From the NCBI GenBank assembly GCA_030528155.1, contig JAUMZL010000006.1, positions 2,907-66,906 on the forward strand: a stretch of 64,000 nt of DNA, written 5' to 3'. Of this stretch, positions 59,375-64,000 are shown one piece after another. The notes under the pieces were generated by a model that was not told where the DNA came from, did not search any database, and saw only the letters and a list, made by a program, of their open reading frames with translations. A program made the translations under genes and the position numbers. This DNA comes from Aerococcus sp. (GTDB lineage Bacteria; Bacillota; Bacilli; Lactobacillales; Aerococcaceae). Numbering within the stretch: position 1 is the stretch's first letter; each line of letters begins with the position of its first letter.

Positions 59375-60313
59375 ATGAAAACGATTAATGAACAACCAGT
59401 GAGCCCACAAGAAGAAGTGTTAAAAGAAATAGAACAAGCGCCAGTACGCGCAAAAGATGCGATCGGTTGGCGAGTGCTCGTGCGCGAGTTTGCTAAAGAC
59501 CGCGGAGCTGTTGTTTGTCTCGCGATTCTCGTCGCCTTGTTGGTGGGAATCTTTAGCGTATCGATCTTCCTCAATCAGGAGAAGATCTTAACGATTGATT
59601 TATTGAAATATTACATGCCACCATCTAGTGAAAACTGGCTGGGGACCGATTCTGGTGGTCGTGATATTCTCGGACAATTGATTCTCGGCGCCCGCAACTC
59701 GATTACGATCGGGTTTTCCATCACCTTGATTACCGGGGTGGCAGGGATTATCCTCGGTATTATTGCGGGGTATTACGGACAAATGATAGACAATGTCATC
59801 ATGCGTATCGTGGATTTTATCATGATTCTGCCGATCAGCATGATCATCATCGTCTTTGTTACCTTGATTCGGGATTACGATGTTTTCTCATTCGTTCTCA
59901 TCATGAGCGTGTTCAACTGGGTTGGGACCGCGCGTCTCATCCGGGCTCGAGCGCTCTCTGAATCAAGACGTGACTACGTCAGCGCCTCCAAAACAATGGG
60001 GACGCCGGACTGGAAAATTATGTTCCGCGAAATCATGCCCAACCTAAGTTCGCTGATTATCGTTAACTTAACTTTGCGTTTTGCAGGGAACATCGGGATT
60101 GAAACAGGGTTGACTTACTTAGGGTTCGGGTTACCGACCTCTGTTCCAAGTTTAGGGACTTTGATCTCTTATGCTCAGTCGCCAGACATCTTGGCACACC
60201 GCGCTTGGGTATGGTTACCCGCATCACTATTGATCTTAGTCTTAATGATTTCGATCAACTACGTCGGTCAAGCATTGAAACGGGCGGCAGATGTGCGTCA
60301 ACGTCTCGGCTAG
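59375..60313 (+). CDS. oppC: Oligopeptide ABC permease
   Basis: WLGTDSGGRD, GARNSITIG, DYVSASKTMG, LTYLGFG. Confidence 0.93.
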   Translation: MKTINEQPVSPQEEVLKEIEQAPVRAKDAIGWRVLVREFAKDRGAVVCLAILVALLVGIFSVSIFLNQEKILTIDLLKYYMPPSSENWLGTDSGGRDILGQLILGARNSITIGFSITLITGVAGIILGIIAGYYGQMIDNVIMRIVDFIMILPISMIIIVFVTLIRDYDVFSFVLIMSVFNWVGTARLIRARALSESRRDYVSASKTMGTPDWKIMFREIMPNLSSLIIVNLTLRFAGNIGIETGLTYLGFGLPTSVPSLGTLISYAQSPDILAHRAWVWLPASLLILVLMISINYVGQALKRAADVRQRLG

Positions 60314-60381
60314 GCTTTAACTATGGTTGCTTTTAAATTAAAACTATTGGCTGTTGTTTTTAGCGAGAAGGAGGAAGACCT

Positions 60382-62178
60382 ATGAAACTGAAAAAGTGGA
60401 TGATTGGTATGGTTTCCGTCCTCACCCTAGCTATGGCGGGGTGTGGAAACGGAGGCTCTAAAGATCAAAAAACGAGCGACTCTGGCGATACCTCTTCCGG
60501 ACCGGCTGTGCCGATCAAAGAAGAGATCAATAATGAGGGAAATGCCATCAATGGCGGAACATTAAAGGTAGCACTTGTCTCTGATTCCCCATTCCAAGGA
60601 ATCTTTAGTCTGACTTACTATCAAGATGCTCTTGACGCTAACTTGATGTCATTCTCACATGAATCCATGTTCAAATTGGATAATAATAACATGATCTCTG
60701 ATAAAGGGTCTGCCAAGATGGATGTTGATAAAGACGCCAAAACAGCAACGGTGACCCTGCGTGACAACTTGAAATGGTCGGATGGTCAAGATGTGACGGC
60801 GGATGACGTCATTTTCAGTCAAGAATTGATCGGTAACCCAGACTACTCGGGAACCCGCTATAGCTCTGAATTTGAAAACGTCGAAGGAATGAAAGAATAC
60901 CACGAAGGTAAAGCTGATCACATTTCTGGGATTGAAAAAGTGGATAACAAGACCGTTAAATTCCACCTCAAAAACGTTGAAATTGGTCTGAAATATGGGG
61001 AAGGCGGCATTTGGAGTTACCTTGAACCAAAACATGTATTAGAAAAAATCCCAGTGAAAGACATCGAAGCGAGCGATGCTTTGCGGAAAAATCCAGTGGC
61101 TTATGGGCCATTCCGTGTAACCAAAGTGGTTAACGGGGAATCGGTAGAATACGAAGCCAATGAATACTACTATGAAGGTAAACCGAAGATTGACAAGATC
61201 CAACTGACCCGGGTACCATCTTCAAACATTGTTTCTGCGTTGCAAAATCATCAATATGACCTTGTGTTAGGCATGCCAACCAGCTCCTACGATACCTATA
61301 AAGATATTGCTGGCTACCAAATGGCTACGCGTAGCGCTCAAAGCTACAGCTACCTTGGCTTTAAGTTAGGGAAATGGGATGCTAAACAAGCGAAAATTGT
61401 ACCAGATGACAAAGCCAAAATGGCGGATAAATCCTTGCGTCAAGCGATGGGTTACGCGATCGACAATGATGCGATTGGGACGAAATTCAGCCATGGTCTC
61501 TCCTGGCAAGCCACATCCTTGATCCATCCATTGTTTGGAGATCTGCACGACAGCAGTATGAAGGGCTACCACTATGACCCGGAAAAAGCGAAGAAATTGC
61601 TCGCTGACGCTGGGTATAAGGATACTGACAATGACGGCTTGGTTGAAAAACCAGACGGCAGCAAGTTGAAAATCAACATGGCAGCGATGTCTGGTGGTGA
61701 AACAGCTGAACCAATTGCTCAATACTACTTACAAGCCTTCAAGCAAATCGGTTTGGATGTTCAATTGGTAGACAACCGTCTGCAAGAATTCCAGAACTTC
61801 TATGACCGCGTTCAAAGCGACGACGAAGCGATCGACATTTTTGTTGGTGGTTGGGGCTTAGGGACGAACCCATGGCCTGGCAATCTTTACGGACAAAACT
61901 CTTGGAACTACACACGTTGGACTTCTGACAAGAACCAAGAACTGTTAGCGAAGATGCAAGATGACAAAGCTTATGACGACCGTGCGTACCAAGTGGAACA
62001 ATACAAAGAATGGCAAGAATACATGATGGATGAAGCACCAGCCATTCCATTACGTTACTCTGAAGAAGTAATGCCAATCAACAACCGGGTGAAACATTTC
62101 AACTGGTCACGTGATGAAACGACTTCTACGAACTGGAACGAAGTGGAATTAACCGCTGACAACCCAGTAGCCAAATAA
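60382..62178 (+). CDS. oppA: Oligopeptide-binding lipoprotein
   Basis: Lipobox LAMAGC, TLRDNLKWSDG..VTADDV, YGPF, LRQAMGYAID. Confidence 0.93.
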   Translation: MKLKKWMIGMVSVLTLAMAGCGNGGSKDQKTSDSGDTSSGPAVPIKEEINNEGNAINGGTLKVALVSDSPFQGIFSLTYYQDALDANLMSFSHESMFKLDNNNMISDKGSAKMDVDKDAKTATVTLRDNLKWSDGQDVTADDVIFSQELIGNPDYSGTRYSSEFENVEGMKEYHEGKADHISGIEKVDNKTVKFHLKNVEIGLKYGEGGIWSYLEPKHVLEKIPVKDIEASDALRKNPVAYGPFRVTKVVNGESVEYEANEYYYEGKPKIDKIQLTRVPSSNIVSALQNHQYDLVLGMPTSSYDTYKDIAGYQMATRSAQSYSYLGFKLGKWDAKQAKIVPDDKAKMADKSLRQAMGYAIDNDAIGTKFSHGLSWQATSLIHPLFGDLHDSSMKGYHYDPEKAKKLLADAGYKDTDNDGLVEKPDGSKLKINMAAMSGGETAEPIAQYYLQAFKQIGLDVQLVDNRLQEFQNFYDRVQSDDEAIDIFVGGWGLGTNPWPGNLYGQNSWNYTRWTSDKNQELLAKMQDDKAYDDRAYQVEQYKEWQEYMMDEAPAIPLRYSEEVMPINNRVKHFNWSRDETTSTNWNEVELTADNPVAK

Positions 62179-62233
62179 TTGAAAGAACGCCCGCTCACTA
62201 TACAAATGAAATAATGAGCAGAAAGCAACATTT

Positions 62234-62276
62234 AGAGGGAGAGAGCGCTCCAGCTGAGCGATCATCTCCCTCTTTC
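62234..62276 (+). terminator. opp terminator
   Basis: AGAGGGAGA/TCTCCCTCT with inner CGCTC/GAGCG hairpin. Confidence 0.65.
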
Positions 62277-62332
62277 TATAAGGAAGAAATTTAGCTACAA
62301 TGAAGCATCAAAGGAATGAAGGAGAGATAAAA

Positions 62333-63079
62333 GTGACAAAATCATTACTATCTTCATCTTCACTGCCACAGATGCGGACTTTTCCCAATACACCGATCAC
62401 GGGGATGACGCTCAAAGTAATTGCGATGATGACGATGTTGGTGGATCATTTCGCGATAGTGTTGTGGCCTAATGTGTCACTCACCCAGACGAGCTTATGG
62501 GGTGGGAGTTTACTCCCACTGCCTTATCTCATCATGCGGCTGATTGGGCGGATAGCTTTTCCACTGTTTGCTTTCTTATTGGTAGAGGGGTTTCTCCATA
62601 CGCACAATCGTAAACGCTACGCCATTAGGTTACTATCATTAGGGCTGGTCTCTGAGATTCCTTATGACTTAGCGTTGCATCAATCTTGGTTTGATCTGAT
62701 CAGTCAAAATGTCTTTTTCACCTTATTTTTGGCACTGGGGGCATTATGGCTAGTAGATGATTATCGCCAAAACAACCCGTTTTTGGGGTTTATGGGTGTT
62801 ATGGGAATAGGGTTGTTAGCAGAGGGGTTACATACCGATTACCAGTCTTTTGGGATAGGACTCGTGATTATCCTCTATGTTCTTCATGATCGTCGTTATC
62901 TGGAAAGTTTATGGGGGAGCTTACTTTGTTTATGGGAAGGACCAACCGTTTTAGTGAGCTTTTTCTTGACGTGCTACTACAATGGCCAACGTGGCAAGGG
63001 CAATGGGCACTGGTGGTATTGGATTTATCCCGTCCACCTGTTAGTGTTTGCGCTCATCCGGCGACTATTGGTAGAATAG
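62333..63079 (+). CDS. TraX-family membrane protein
   Basis: LKVIAMMTMLVDH, GRIAFPLFAFLLVEGF.HT.NRKRY, SEIPYDL, NVFFTL, YWIYPVHL; GTG start inferred. Confidence 0.8.
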   Translation: MTKSLLSSSSLPQMRTFPNTPITGMTLKVIAMMTMLVDHFAIVLWPNVSLTQTSLWGGSLLPLPYLIMRLIGRIAFPLFAFLLVEGFLHTHNRKRYAIRLLSLGLVSEIPYDLALHQSWFDLISQNVFFTLFLALGALWLVDDYRQNNPFLGFMGVMGIGLLAEGLHTDYQSFGIGLVIILYVLHDRRYLESLWGSLLCLWEGPTVLVSFFLTCYYNGQRGKGNGHWWYWIYPVHLLVFALIRRLLVE

Positions 63080-63117
63080 GAGCAGAGTAGATGACCATTC
63101 AGTTGAGGAGGATAACG

Positions 63118-63804
63118 ATGGAAGACAAGGAAAAAGTAGGACGCCAAGCAGCGACATTAGTGAAAGATGGGATGAAAGTCGGCATTGGCTCTGGGTCAAC
63201 TGCCCGTTTCTTCATTGAGGCACTGGCAGAACGAGTAAAAGCAGAGAACCTCGCGTTGCGTTTAGTGGCTACATCGGAAGAATCAAAAACACTAGCCGAA
63301 TCATTGGGGCTGAAAATCGAGGCGCTCAATGAAGTGGGCCCACTTGACTTAACCATTGATGGCGTGGACGAATTTACAGATGAAATGAACGGCATTAAAG
63401 GGGGCGGTGGCTGCCTGCTGGAAGAAAAGATCGTTGCCGTAAACAGTGAACGTGTCATTTGGATGGCAGAAGAACGCAAGCATGTGGAAAAATTGGGGGC
63501 TTTCCCATTACCTATCGAAGTGATCAAAAATGGGAGCGAACTATTGAAGAAACGCTTGCAAGAAAAGGGGTATCGCCCAGAATGGCGCTTGTTGGCATCG
63601 GGTGAACGCTTCCACACGGACAACGATAATTATATTCTCGACCTGCATTTGGAACAAATTGAGGACCCACATACCTTACACGACGAATTGATTCACATGG
63701 TCGGTGTGGTTGAAACGGGATTATTCCTCAATATGATCGAAAATGTCCTGCTCGCCAGTGAAGGGGAAACTTACTGGACGACGGATAAACCGTTGAATGC
63801 GTAA
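63118..63804 (+). CDS. rpiA: Ribose-5-phosphate isomerase A
   Basis: GIGSGST, IDGVDE, IKGGGGCLLEEK, TDNDNYILD, GVVETGLF; GAGGAGG RBS. Confidence 0.96.
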   Translation: MEDKEKVGRQAATLVKDGMKVGIGSGSTARFFIEALAERVKAENLALRLVATSEESKTLAESLGLKIEALNEVGPLDLTIDGVDEFTDEMNGIKGGGGCLLEEKIVAVNSERVIWMAEERKHVEKLGAFPLPIEVIKNGSELLKKRLQEKGYRPEWRLLASGERFHTDNDNYILDLHLEQIEDPHTLHDELIHMVGVVETGLFLNMIENVLLASEGETYWTTDKPLNA

Positions 63805-63870
63805 GGAGATTTGGATAGCGAATATCCAGTGACGAGGCTAACAGCCGATAGATTTTAATGAAAAGTAACG

Positions 63871-63940
63871 AAAAGCGATGAACGATTTGAAGTGGGCGCT
63901 AGTGACATCCCATCTGCTTCGAAACCGTTCATCGTTTTTT
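63871..63940 (+). terminator. Long-stem terminator after rpiA
   Basis: GCGATGAACG/CGTTCATCGT followed by a T-run; inner TTGAAGT/GCTTCGA pairing. Confidence 0.7.
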
Positions 63941-64000
63941 ATGGGCAGGTGTTTGTGTTTTCCCTAAGGTTTAAGCTAGGATGATTCTTTAAAACATGAG

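Noticed and set aside
1168-63623. Numerous 60-190 aa ORFs overlapping or antisense to assigned genes
   Set aside because: Shadow frames of well-supported genes; no RBS or recognisable domains

Overview
Chromosomal window of a low-GC Gram-positive bacterium. Gene content and order (SigA promoters, Cheo-type LexA boxes, gmk-rpoZ-priA-fmt-rsmB-stp-stk-rsgA-rpe-thiN-rpmB, oppDFBCA) point to Lactobacillales; the genus cannot be fixed from sequence alone. Left to right: 3' end of a galactitol-family PTS IIC; a complete kdpFABC-kdpDE locus (kdpF is missing from the ORF track); a MerR(NmlR/AdhR)-LysR-flavodoxin(frameshifted)-CMD-cupin-aldo/keto reductase module; a TetR-linked MacB/FtsX-like ABC exporter with a ~510-aa coiled-coil insert; PAP2; rpsO-pnp; rnjB; cls; a LexA-controlled orphan gene; the gmk..rpmB core block (no coaBC); a PTS IIA plus sialic-acid/ManNAc catabolic cluster; add-punA; a hypothetical+TPR pair; AraC/alr; pepQ; opp; a TraX-family gene; rpiA. 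No rRNA, tRNA, CRISPR array, transposase or integrase was seen. The best leads are the hairpin coiled-coil permease, the unexplained TIM-barrel enzyme in the nan cluster, the SOS-regulated orphan, a cysteine-free NmlR/AdhR-type regulator, a phage-like gene paired with a TPR gene, and two candidate RNAs. All family assignments come from motif recognition by eye, not from database searches.
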